This document shows, one piece after another, positions 12,488-24,510 of a stretch of DNA of 64,000 nucleotides (position 1 is its first letter; each line of letters opens with the position of its first letter). The stretch is from NCBI RefSeq assembly GCF_009914755.1, contig NC_060929.1; one strand, 5' to 3'. This DNA comes from the human T2T-CHM13v2.0 reference genome, Homo sapiens. The notes under the pieces are model-generated. The model made no database searches. It saw only the letters and a program-made list of their open reading frames with translations, and was not told where the DNA came from. The position numbers and the translations under genes are program-made.

Positions 12488-12958
12488 ATTTTATTTATTT
12501 ATTTATTTTTAATTATTATACTTCAAGTTCTGGGATACATGTGCAGAGTGTGCAGGTTTGTTACATAGGTATACAGGTGCCATGATGGTTTGTTGTACCC
12601 ATCAATCTGTCATCTACATTGGATATTTCTCCTAATGCTATCCTTCCCCTAGGTCCCATCCCCCAACAGGCCCCAGTGTGTGATGTCCCCCTCCCTGTGT
12701 CCATGTGTTCTCGTTTTTCAACTCCCACTTATGAGTGAGAACATGCAGTGTTTGCTTTTCTGTTCCTGTGTTAGTTTGCTGAGAATGATGGCTTCCAGCT
12801 TCATCCATGTCCCTTCAAAGGACATGAACTCATCTTTTTTATGGCTGCATAGTATTCTGTGGTGTGGAAAGTATTCCATGCTGTGGAAAAAAAAAATGTG
12901 CCACATTTTCTTTATCCAGTCTATCATTGATGGACATTTGGGTTGATTCCAAGTCTTT
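12488..12958 (-). mobile_element. L1PA (about PA7-PA8 era) 3' end, 5'-truncated
   Basis: ttatacttcaagttctgggatacatgtgcag...atgagtgagaacatgcagtgtttg; antisense ORF MIDWIKKMWHI...WMKLEAIILSKL is the ORF2 C-terminus. Confidence 0.93.
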
Positions 12959-12999
12959 ATGGTTTTTAAAGTAACTTTTGCCTACCCTTGTATCTGACT

Positions 13000-13440
13000 T
13001 TAGACATATGGAGTTCTCTTTATTGGCAGAGAGTTGAAATTCTGAAGGGTGGGAGAGAGGTGAAAGGTAGAGATGTGAAAATAATAGCAACATAGAGTAA
13101 TAAGTAAAGTGGAAGTAGAGTGAAAAAGGGAAAGGACTGAGGATTGAACTTTACAAAATGTTTCTAAGTAGTGTCTGGAAGTGGTATGTGAGTCAAGGTG
13201 AGACTCAGTTGTGATCAGAGACATAGGAGGAGAGGAAGATGAGTGGTGTGTTAGAACTCAAGAGAGAGATACTGTCAGTAAGAAAGATGTGTTCCCCAGC
13301 ACTGAGACCAAGATGGTCAAAGACTGCCATGAGATTTGGCATCTGAGGGTGATTATATCCTTTGAGAAGGGAGAGAATCTAGAGATTAATGGGTGGGGTC
13401 ATCTTTTGCAAGTGAGGAAGGAAGGTAGTAAGCACAGACT
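13000..13440 (-). mobile_element. L2 remnant
   Basis: Antisense L2 motifs (gaggattgaac..., gagatttggcatctgagggtgatt). Confidence 0.6.
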
Positions 13441-13442
13441 TT

Positions 13443-13603
13443 GCTTTTTTGTGGTAAGAAACACATGTGATCTATCCTTTAAAAATTTTAAGTATAAAAT
13501 ACAATATTGTTAACTATAAGCACAATGTCATACAGAAATTTTGATAACCAAAATTTAGACTTCTAGAAATTTTCATAACCAAAACTTTATACCCATTGAA
13601 CAG
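13443..13603 (-). mobile_element. L1MA/MB 3'UTR fragment
   Basis: ttttgtggtaagaaacac...aatacaatattgttaactataagcacaatg...aactttatacccattgaaca. Confidence 0.8.
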
Positions 13604-14269
13604 CTAGAAGGAAAGGTAGGTAAATAGTGGGGGAGAACGAGGAATTAAGGGAGGTTTAAAGTTTTTTTTTTTTTAGTGTTGTTGGGACAATTAACAGAGT
13701 AGGCCAACAAGGAGCTATAAATAGTGAAGAAGATGAAGACACAAAAGAAAGAGATTGCAAAAAATAAAATAACTTTTTGGATGGCGGAGACTGGTTCTGG
13801 TATACAGATTAAAGATTAAAGTGTTGGTTTTTAAAAGAAAGATGAACACATCCTTCTATGAAAGATTAGGAATGTTTTAGAAGTTATAGGACCTAATCTA
13901 ATCCATTTAAATGAACTTAAATGAAGTTTTAATTTCAGAATATTAATCTGAGAGTGTTTTGTATCACTGTAGTGATATTAAAAAACTGTTTCGGGGCTTT
14001 GCTACATCATCTGTGGGATTCATCCAGACCACCTCCCAGTGGAGAGGCACATCTTCCTTCTCAGTAGTCTCAGTCCCTTGACATCCTTGTACTGAGGGTC
14101 TGTTTGGGTTTTCCCTCCCTCCTTGAACAGACTCTCCATATTGGGTCTTCGTGTCTGTGTCCCACAGCCCCATGTAAGAAGGACTGCTTCTATTCCCTCC
14201 CCCATCCCTGATAGGACACACTGGCTAGATCTTCCTCTGGTCTTATGCTCTGCATTAAGGGAGTGTAGT

Positions 14270-15130
14270 AAGATAGAATTAATCTATGAAGGTAACTTTA
14301 AAAAGTGCATATTGGATGACTTCAATCTCCTCAGGGAAGCAAAAGGTGAAGTAATTTGCAAACAGCAAGGGAAGGGAGTGTGCTCAAGGGTTTGAGGAAA
14401 ATTGAGGAAATTTGGAAGAGTCACTGTGGAGAATTTGATTGAGAGTCAAATGAATAAGAGGATTTCCAAGCAGTCCTGAGGGGCTAAACGAGATTAGATA
14501 TCATCAATTTGCAGTGGAGCCAACTGGCAGCTTCTTGACTTTCTCCAGTAATACTTGGCAGTGGGATAACAAGAGCAAAGGAAACATGTGTTTGGATTTG
14601 CCCAACACTGGGATTGGCAGGACAGCTGCAGAGGAAGCTTGAGATGGGCTAAAGGATCTTGATTACTAGTGAGAGAGTGCCCAGGGTGTTCAGGCAAGGC
14701 AGAGAAACAAATGATCCAACTGAAGCCAGAAGCTGACCATGGAACAAAGGAGAGGAGTGAGGAGGGAAGGGTCTAGAGACAAACTTGAGTCTAGAGGACA
14801 ATGAACAAATGTGAGGAGGTGTGAGAAAGAGCTGAAATGGTGGAGGGACTGGACATTACTTTTAGAGGGGTCTTCAGCATCTGTGAACCTGGTGACAAAA
14901 AAGAAAATGTTCAGGTGATGATAGGATGTAATATATGCTTCCTACAAGTGGCTTACAGAGTAGAATAAAGAAAAAGGTCATCCTAGTGGGAAAAGAGAAG
15001 TAATTGAAGGTCTAGGATGTTGAAAAAGCTCTCATCTGTAATGTTGAAACCAGCTAGGGGGGGATTGGACAATCTGTGAGGCAAGTGTGAAATTCCTCAA
15101 GGAAGATGAAAAATGAACATTGTGGAGGTT
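14270..15130 (-). mobile_element. L2 ORF2-region remnant
   Basis: ttggatgacttcaatctcctcagggaagc...aagcagtcctgagggg...aatgttgaaacc. Confidence 0.6.
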
Positions 15131-15729
15131 AGAAAGGCCTAGCATGAAAGTCTTACCAACCTGGGTTTTCATCCTCAAATCCCATTCAGCCATGCACTAG
15201 CTGTGTGGAAAGATGGAAGATGAGAGAATAAAAAGAAACAAATAGTTCCTTTAAATTTTATTGCACTGGAACAAAAACATTTAAAAAAAAGCAAACAAAA
15301 ATATCCTCTTAAGTGGAGATTTTTCTTAAGTGAGATATATGTACATATTTAAGGTACTTTTATTATATTTAATGCCATCAAAAAGCAGTCGTTAGTTCTC
15401 TTTTTCTGAATAATAAAATGTCAAAGAAAATATAAAGAAAGTTCTTTTTTGGATGTCTGCAGAAAAATTCTTGATCAGATTTATGTGTCAGGCCTCCAAC
15501 TCTGTTATCGACTTATTATTTGTTTAGTTTTATTTCTGGACCATGGGCATTATTTTGTAAATTCTGAAAATTTAAAACTCCCTGTTTAATACAAGGCTTT
15601 TTAGCCACATGACCAACACATTTCATGAGTAATACTGTCTTCTCTCTCAGTTCTCTTCCCGAGATTACTTCACCCCATGGGAATAATTATCAGGCAGCAA
15701 TTTTGCAACACTTAGAATAACTGAAAAAG

Positions 15730-15862
15730 ATCACCTTGTTGTCATGGTGTTGGATGATGTTATCCATTTTCCCATCCAGTCAACAATCACCTCATCATGG
15801 CCACAGTGGTAGTAGGAGCTTTGCTGACTGCCAAATGTTAGGTTATCAAATCCATTCCCAAT
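15730..15862 (-). mobile_element. L3/CR1 remnant
   Basis: catccagtcaacaatcacct...ggagctttgctgactgcc...aaatcc resembles antisense CR1 RT. Confidence 0.4.
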
Positions 15863-16399
15863 CAATAAAATATTATCTTCATTTACAGAGTCCTGAGTGT
15901 TTTATCCACCATACTTTTGAATAACTTAAGCAACATGACTTTAGCTACTTAGAATAGTCTAAGAATTCTGATAGTCTCTAAGAAAACACCTTAATATTTG
16001 GTTTAATTGTCTTTTGTTTCACTCAAGTCAGTAAAACCTTGATTTAAATGACTATATTTTACTAAAGACATGTAAGGATGAATTATCTTTCAATGTATTT
16101 TCAAGGTGGCACTCCAAATAGTGGATCATTTTTGGTTAATGTGAATATGACATTCACTAATTTGCAGTGAGTAGGAATTTCTTGTCATTGAAAAAATGTT
16201 CTCCATATGTCAGACTGATCTGGTCATCTCTCTGATACAATTTTGACCAAAATTTTATGTACTAAAAAAATCTTTAAAAATCTGGTTTATAGATGGTTTT
16301 CCCTAGTTGTCTTCACGTAACTCACTTCCAATTAAATTCTTGGAGTCACATTTTTGTCTCACTCTCATGCTTGAGAACTGGCTCTTCCTAAGCTGATCA

Positions 16400-16703
16400 A
16401 TTGTTCAATGTCCATTTTTTAGCCTTTAAATTACTAGAAGTCCCTGATGCACTTGGTTTGCTGGTGTTCTTTTACACATCACTATTTCTCACTTATCCTA
16501 TAATCTTTGTCTCAAGGGTCAACTCCTTCAATAAATCTTTATGTCACCCTCTCCCAACCTCCTGCGCTGGGCAAAGTGCCTCCCTTAGGTAATCTTATAA
16601 TATCCAATATGTTACTGTATCCATGCACTGGTCATGTTGTACTTACCTTCAAAATTTTACCTTCAAAAATCCAGTAATAGAAATTGAGACATGAACAAGT
16701 AAT

Positions 16704-16735
<32 letters not shown>

Positions 16736-16875
16736 ATTTCATATTTTATATATATATATCTCACTCATATCTCAATTTCTATTATTGGATTTTTGAAGGT
16801 AAAATTATATCTAATTCTTCTTTGTATTTTTAGTATTTAAGCATAGACTAGGCAATCAGAATATGCATGAATAAA
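16400..16875 (+). mobile_element. L2 3' remnant containing a (TA)n tract and an inverted duplication
   Basis: tcaagggtcaactccttc...tgcctccc...tcttctttgtatttttagtatttaagcatag...atgaataaa; (TA)n at ~16701-16760. Confidence 0.6.
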
Positions 16876-17257
16876 ATAATGTACAAAAACAGCAAAATAT
16901 AGAATATTTTTTACTATGTAGTCAGTTAATTTGGATTCTTAATAACCTCAATATACAATGGTTAGTAAAGCAATAGGCTTATTTTGATTAAGAAAAAATG
17001 AAGGCAAGATAAATGGGCTGTTGTATATTACTGTATATTTATGAAGATAGACTGGTTTCCTCTACTATCCCTGTAAATGCCAAAAAAAAAAGTTGGTGAC
17101 AGTGTCTGTTGGGAGATAGAGAAATAGCTGTAGAATGCATACTTTTATTGTTGTCCACATTTTGATCTTCAAGCCCAATTCTACTTAGGGAATTGATTGT
17201 ATCACCTGTGAGCCAAAATAACTTTTGTCCATTGAGGATCAAACATTGAGCTAGACA

Positions 17258-17770
17258 GCACATCCACATTTACTTGCAGCATTAGTCACAATAGCCAACA
17301 AGTAGAAACAACTTAAATGCCTATATATGGATGAATGGATAAAGAAAATGTAGTATGTGCATATAATGTGATATTATTCAGCCTCTAAAAAGGAGGAAAT
17401 CCTGTCGCATGCTGCAATATGGATGAACCTTGAGAATATTATGCTAATTGAAATAACCCAGTCATTAAAAAAAAAACCAAATACTGAATGATTCCACTTA
17501 CATGCGGTATCTAAAGTAGCCAAGCTCATAGAGTAGAGAGTAGAATGGTAGTTGCCAAGGGCTAGGGGAGAGGAAAAATGGAGAGTTGTTCAATGGGTAT
17601 AGAGTTTCAGTTTTGTAAGATGAAAATATTCTAGAGATTTGTTACACAACAATGTGATATAGATAATGCTGCTGAAACGCACACTCGAAAATAGTAGAGA
17701 TAAATTTCATGTTTTATGTTCTTTACCACAAATAAAAGTAAAATTAAGAATAATAATTACTCTGAAAAAA
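17258..17770 (+). mobile_element. L1MB-type 3' end
   Basis: gatgaatggataaagaaaatgt...gagtagaatggtagttgccaaggg...aatgggtatagagtttcagtttt...accacaaataaaa. Confidence 0.9.
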
Positions 17771-18189
17771 AAATAGGCTCAAAGCTAGCAAGGTGATGCC
17801 TTTGATCATCTTCCCAAGCCCAAATCCTGATATTGGTTCTCTGGTACCTCAAGCTCTAATGTTGACAAGAGAAATGGAAGAGTTAATCCAAAAGGAGAGA
17901 GTTTTTCCTGCTTCCACACCAACAATAGGCGAGGTCTAATATCACAGTTTATCAGTCTTTTACCATGAGCCTCTTACTGGTGCCCATGAGAAGATTCAAG
18001 AGGCCAGTACTCTCGCTCTAAAGTATGAGATACAAAAGAATTTCATCCATTGAACCAGCTGCAAGAGTAGCCAGGGATAAAGAACTCAGACAAGTGACAT
18101 GTTAAGGAATGTACACTTTATTCTGTGAATAATTTCAGCTTCTCATAGCCTTTTAGCATTATAAGTGATCAAATATGTGAGTTAATGCA

Positions 18190-18720
18190 ATTGATCTGGC
18201 AGAAGTATAGAAGAGAGATTGGAATGGTGTCAGAGAAGCTAAGGGAAAAGCCACTGCCTAAGATGGAAAGAGAGTTTAAATGTATCATTTCATCTTAGCT
18301 TCGATGATTGGATAGCCATTGGAACAACCAATTTAAATTTAATGTCATAGTGGAGGTAAAATGACAAGCTTATTGGCCTAAGAAGTAAATGAGAGTTAAC
18401 AAATAAGAAAGAGCAAGTATACCTGGTCTCCTGGGAATGGAGGCAGGTAAAGTATTATTTAGGGGTGAGAAGATTGCATCCGACTTCTTTTGCTTAAGGA
18501 GGAAGGGACTTAAGCAGACTAGACTTAGGGTAAAGAGTTAATAGAGAGGGAGAATTAGAAGATACAAGAAGCAGAGGAGATGACTGACATACAGAGTTAC
18601 CAAAGGGACCATGAATATCTAGAGTTAGGAAGAGGAATTAGCATTCAATAGGAGAGGGGCACATATATTTTCAGAAAAAGTAAGAGAAAGAAGGAGAGAT
18701 GTGAGATACTGGGCTTCTGA
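18190..18720 (-). mobile_element. L2 remnant
   Basis: tggtgtcagagaagctaagggaaa and further purine-rich antisense L2 blocks. Confidence 0.55.
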
Positions 18721-20425
18721 GGTTGAACAAGGATGCCAATTTCCATTCTTGATTTGCAAACTGATAGCTTAGAGCCAACTTTTCGTAAGCATTATTTTGC
18801 TTAATCTTGATGAGATTGATTTAGATTGTTTTCTAGCCAAGATAAGTTTGACTAAAATATTGGGTGAAATCTTCAAAGTGATTATTAAGGGTGAGTTATA
18901 GATGTTTCTTATCATCACTGGAAAATAGGGCGAGACAGACATAGAGGTTTTCCAAAAATGTCCTTTATTGTGTTGAGCATAATGACCATTTACCAGGCAG
19001 TCTGGTCTCTTGGGGAAGTGCAGGCAAGGGCTCAATTCAGCCCAAGGGATGCCAGTGAAGGACATGTTCAGCAAAAAGGAAAATTTCTTAAATAATGCAG
19101 ACTGTGGCTTGGGCTGAAATTCAAATCATTTTCTTATTAGGTGATTTCCCAGTGATCTCTCTATAGGAGATACTGGAAGGTTGGAAATCTTTTAGTAATG
19201 TTTTTGAAGCTATTTCATAATGATTCAGTTTCTATTTTTGTTCTGAGTACTAAGGTTATTTATAATCTTCTAACTGCTTTTTTCAGTTATTTTTATATCA
19301 TTACAAAAGAACTCCTTCAAAATGGTAAATTGCTGACACCTCTTCATATTGGCTTGACTATTCCTCCTCATTTCATTAGTTTTGATTATGTAAAAAACTG
19401 TATCATAAAACTCCCAATACAAGCTCCTGTTGAGATGTGAAGGACAAACATTCTCAAGAAATACAATTTTATGAAAATGCATTACTTCATAGGGAACACT
19501 AACGCCCATTGTGAGCACAACAACATGCAGTCATAAGATGATTTAAATGTCCATGGTAATAACATTCTGACCTTAAGTTAGTGACAGCAGATGGGTATCT
19601 TTTAAACATCAACCACTACCTGTTACTGTGGGAGGTAGGGGTAGAGAAGTAGAATGTCATGAAACTCTGATGCAGAGACTAGATAAATTCTCAAATATAG
19701 CTGAAATATAACTAATTGATGTCATTTTCCATTATACAATCTAACACATTCTCCAAAACATCTGGTTATTCACGTCTATTTTGACTATCTTCTTGCCTCA
19801 TTGGAAGAATATTCAGCACGACTGTATGTGGGTTCTCAGGGCATTTGTTGTGCATTAGAAGTTACAATGCCTTGTTAATAAATGATACTTTGACATTAGT
19901 GTATTCCTCAAGACATTTTCTTTTTGATCAGGAAGACTAAAGTGTCTAAACTGAGATATATACATGCACACATATGTGTATATACATTGCAAAATGTTGA
20001 TGGGTGTTTTTCGTAATCATTGTAATAGCTTGAAGGGATTCTGAGAAATATGAAAACAAAAATAATCATCTGAAATCCCCCAGTCTAGATGTTAATTAAT
20101 TAATAACATTTTTGACCTAACAGATATCTATGTTTGGTGGACAAAACAGAGCAAAGTTAGCATGGTTCCTGCTATCACGAGAACAGCACTACATAATATT
20201 TGGGCTCATTCCCTTCTGGATATCTCCTTGTGAGGATGGTTATACATGAGTGTGTGCTCATATTTTAAACACACAAACATACACATATACTTTATAAAAT
20301 TAAATAAACTACAAGTCATTATCTGTATCTTTCTTTTCCCAGGGAACAAGAGGTTGTAACATCTCAATTTGTCAATAATACAGAGCATCACTTTCCTTGG
20401 CTGCATAGTCCTTTATTGAATTACT

Positions 20426-20645
20426 GTCTTAAGTTGGGTTCCTTGGTAAATAGAGTCTGACGGGTGTTACAGAAAGATTATGGGAAAGTGATTGTGAGAT
20501 CACCTTTGAGAGAGCAAGGGCTGTAGCACTGGTCACACAGAAGAGATGGACTGCAGCCAAATTCTTGTACAATGACAAAGGAAACTCAGGAGCTGGCGCG
20601 GCCCTTTAGGAATATCTCCAACTGAGGCTGCACCTGCCACCACTC
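20426..20645. mobile_element. ERVL-class LTR fragment (LTR16/LTR33 group)
   Basis: tgtcttaagttgggttcc...agagtctga...gagatcacct...ggagctggcgcggccctttagg. Confidence 0.65.
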
Positions 20646-20685
20646 AGAAGGAAGCACAACACCTAGCAGGTCTCTACAGGTTCTC

Positions 20686-20865
20686 AAGACAGCATATTTT
20701 ATTATCAAAAATATTGCTCCAATCGATTTCCTGGGTACAAGAAAAACTACACATTTTGAGTGGGACCCAGAAAAGAAAAGGTTCTGCTACAGGCTCAGGC
20801 TGCATTTCAAGTGGCCCTGCCAATGGGGACCTTTAACCTGATATTAGAGATATCCTTGCCTAAGA
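20686..20865 (+). mobile_element. ERVL (HERVL/HERV16-like) pol fragment, RT-connection region, degenerate
   Basis: Across frameshifts translates to RQHI..ILLQSI..V...FEWDPEK / KVLLQAQAAFQVALPMG...LEISL, compare ERVL WRQHIPHLGILL.PIY.VT..FEWGPEQEKALQQVQAAVQAALPLG. Confidence 0.75.
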
Positions 20866-20869
20866 CAGA

Positions 20870-21200
20870 GACTATTGCAATAATGAAGGTAGTACTTGGT
20901 GGTAGTTTGGACCAAGATGGTAGAAGTAAAAGTGGTAAGAAGAAACTGAATATATTTTGAAGGTGGAGCTAACAGATTTTCTGACTAGTTGGATGTGGCT
21001 TATAAGAGGAAGAGATGAGTCCAGAAGGACAACAAAGTTACCTATCATAGACTATTAGGTTAAATAGTTGTTTAAGTATCACATCCAGGAACAAGACAGT
21101 AAATTTCTAGACAGCAGCAATCATGTCTTATTTATTTTAAGTTTTGTGGACCTTATTTAATGCCTGGTGCATAGCAGGGCCTCAAAGAAAGTGCTGAGGG
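20870..21200. mobile_element. Two L2 remnants (antisense ~20870-21040, sense 3' end ~21085-21200)
   Basis: atatattttgaaggtggagctaacagattttctgact; catgtcttattt...aatgcctggtgcatagcagggcctcaa. Confidence 0.7.
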
Positions 21201-23717
21201 CATTTTAACACACATATGTATCTGAAGTATTGCCACTGCAAATATTGTGATATATTTTATTCACTTAAATAAAGATTATTTAATTTAATACTTGCTAATT
21301 ATTTATGGTTGCCAAACATTAATATTCTTAGCCTGATTATGATTTTTTTGGTACAGAAATATAGGAGATAAATGAACAAGACATGACCTGGAATAGTTCA
21401 ATGTTATTTTTCCTGATTCCGAAAGTGCAATTATTGATTTTATTTTTATCATGGTTAGAATAATACTAACATTTGTCATCTCTGTCTTTTAGCACTCAGC
21501 TCATGTGGAACTATTAAAAATTGCCCTTATAGATTGTTCCATAAATAAAACAGGATTGCAGTATATGGTGCAACATACCCTTTTAGAAGGTTAGACAAAT
21601 GCAGTCTGTATGCTATAATGTTAGTATGACTAGGACATTTGGTTAGCAATCAGTAAAGATAATGAGGAAGATACTTTATCAATGAATTATGTATCAATTG
21701 TTTTCTTGAAAAAGAAATATAGTGGAGATGAACTTTATTTATGACTGGATTTCTTTAAAAGGGTTAGGAAGGTTGCTGCTTTATTGTATGCTGTAGGTTC
21801 TCAAATCAATATTTACTTTGTCCTATGCTAATGCAATCCTATCTATTTGCTAAAATAAACATTAAAATGTGACCTAGTTACTGTGCTCTCAAGTCAACTT
21901 GCCTAAGGGTAGATATTGGAGAATTAGTACCATAGGACTTCCTTTTCCAATGGTATTTTAGAATATTTGATGAATACATTACTTAAGTATTGTCACTCTT
22001 ACTTCTATATTCATTCTCTGGCTACTCATACTTGCAAGTGTCTTTATCTATCATGTAATGATTCTGGAATTAGTGTCTGGAGCCCTTGTGAAAAAGTATT
22101 TCTCTACCAAATTATAAGATTTATTAATAAGCTCTAGATGTCAACTCCACTTTGATCTGTGGATGCCTGGTCCCACCCCCATCCCTTTCTTATGAATGAA
22201 GAAGGTATTTTTGTCCACTTGCACACTTGTCTTTGGTGTTCTTTTTAAAACCAGGATGACAGATTGGCATGGCCAGGGTACACTTTGGATAACATTAATT
22301 TAGCTGGCTCAGATCTAAACAAACTACTAATCCCCCCACACCTTTTTATAACCTGAGCTCTCTGTTCAGTATGAGAAAAATGACTACTATATGCCTTTTC
22401 TAATTTGCACTCCGAGTAGCTACATGGTGTGGCAGCCTAGTGAGAAATTCATCAGTTGAATCCACCATTTGTCTCATTTGATTGGGAATTATCTTAAATC
22501 ATTCTTGTTTAACAATTTAATTACAGGAAGTTCAGGTTTAATTCATGAGAACCCATTTACCAATAATGATTATAATTGCTTTTTTGTTTTACTTTTAGGT
22601 TGCTCTCTAAAAGGGATATGAATCATGCAGATTTTTGGTCAGAAGACAGGCAATAGATTTAGATGTTTCATATGTAAACACCACAATTTCTAAATCCCCC
22701 AGTAGGGGTTGTACAGTCAACCTTTGGCTTAGTAGGTCAATAATCACTATAAGGGACACCAAAATTCTACTTATGGCATAATATTCCATAGACATTTAGT
22801 ATCATGGAAAATATTAATATGCTAAAATACAAGTCTAGATCAGAAATTTTCATCCTTTTTTAATTGTAACACTGTATGTTTTGATTTGAGATTCTCCCAC
22901 TTCACTACTTTAAGAACTCTATTCTTATAGAATATGTTAATTAATAATGATTAAAAATATGCTAACAATAGAGGAAATTGGACAATTTAATAACTTTTAA
23001 AATGATGAAGGAACTGCTCATTGAAACCTCAAAAATGTTACAATTAAATAAACTTTGGTATTCAAGTCATTAAAGGTGAAGTAGAAAACTTTGAGCTTAC
23101 AGTTATTGTAAAAACCTATCATTTAAAATTATTTTATAGTTTCTTATAAGCCTATAATATTTATATTTGGACATTTTAAACTTTATAAAGAGTAATTCTA
23201 TAAATAGCTAAGTGACATAAGCATATTAATGATAAGATGTAATGAATCTACCCTTTATGACATATTTCTTTTGCAAAAAAGAAACTGTAGGGAAGAGATT
23301 AGATGATTTATCCACCCAGTAATCAGATGTAGTTTATTAAAAAACAAAAGTTGAAGGGCTGTTACACTGCAGCAAAAATAATTACAGGAGAGTAAACTAT
23401 GCTTAAACTATATTTCACAGTGTCTCCTTCTGATGTGAAGCTGAGTACAATCAGACTTCAGGATGTTTCCTATATCCTATTAGAAAAACATGGAAGAATA
23501 TAAGAGAAAGAACATTTTATTCAACCTTAAAATTGGCCACTTACTTACATTTTTAAACATTTTGGACAAAATATTGTAATTATGAAAGTTACTTTTCCTT
23601 AGATTTTTTTTCTTGTTACCTTTGATTTACATTAGGTTCTCACTGAGTTATCTAACAAGGGGAACACCAATTTTAAGAAATCATTTTTGCTGACAGCCTT
23701 TTAAAAATTTTCTATAG

Positions 23718-23870
23718 GGCCAGGCATGGTGGCTCATGCCCAGCACTTTGAGAGGCCAAGGCATGAGGATCACTTGAGCCCAAGAGTTCAAGGTCACAGT
23801 GAGCTATGATTGGATCACTGCACTCTAGTCTGAACAACAGAGAGAGAGATTCTGTCTCTTAAAAAATGTA
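23718..23870 (+). mobile_element. Alu monomer (FRAM-like)
   Basis: ggccaggcatggtggctcatg...gagttcaaggtcacagtgagctatgat...ctgtctcttaaaaaa; approximate TSD aaattttctat / aagttttctat. Confidence 0.88.
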
Positions 23871-24394
23871 TTAAAGTTTTCTATCATAATGAGAAGTAGT
23901 AAGAAATCTTCAAGCAAATCCTCTCCAAATCCCCTGAAGTTAATGAACTTTGACAAAGTTCAATGTTGGTTATGAAATAGAAAACTAGACAAGTTTTGAT
24001 ATGACTTTCCACCAGGGGAAAATATTTATAGTGTTTTGGGAAAATAGAGACCAAGTAAATCAACATGATCATTACAGAAATAATAGCAGCCAGAATTACA
24101 AAATACAGATTTCTTTTTTTCTGTATTATCTCAGTTGATCCTTGCAATAACCTATTGAGGTCCCTATTACTATATCTTAATATGAAAAATATTTTAAAAG
24201 GCTTTTTTATTATTCATTTTCAATCAGTTAATTCAATTTGGCATACCAACTGTGATAATATGAATGATGAAAATTACAGGCTTATTGCCTATAGAAGTAA
24301 GACTTTTTTTGTGTTGGATAATATCACATATATTACACCACTTTCATTTGGAGGATGTTTTACTTCACCACTTACTTTACCAATTGGTAGGAAT

Positions 24395-24510
24395 TACAGG
24401 ATATTTTGTATTCCCTATTTTATATGAGGAAACTAAGGCTAAGGAAGTTTCAATGATTTTAGTAAGGTAAAAACTGAGATGAGGTGTAGTAGGTACTCAC
24501 TGTTGAGTGG
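24395..24510 (-). mobile_element. MIR fragment
   Basis: ccctattttatatgaggaaactaaggctaaggaagtt. Confidence 0.7.

Noticed and set aside
13968-14254. GC-richer TG...CA block between L2 pieces (similar block at ~7650-8300), possibly old LTRs
   Set aside because: I could not assign a family or TSD by eye, so they are not listed as features.
21470-22660. Plus-strand acceptor-like sites at ~21492 and ~22598
   Set aside because: No convincing downstream donor or recognisable open frame.
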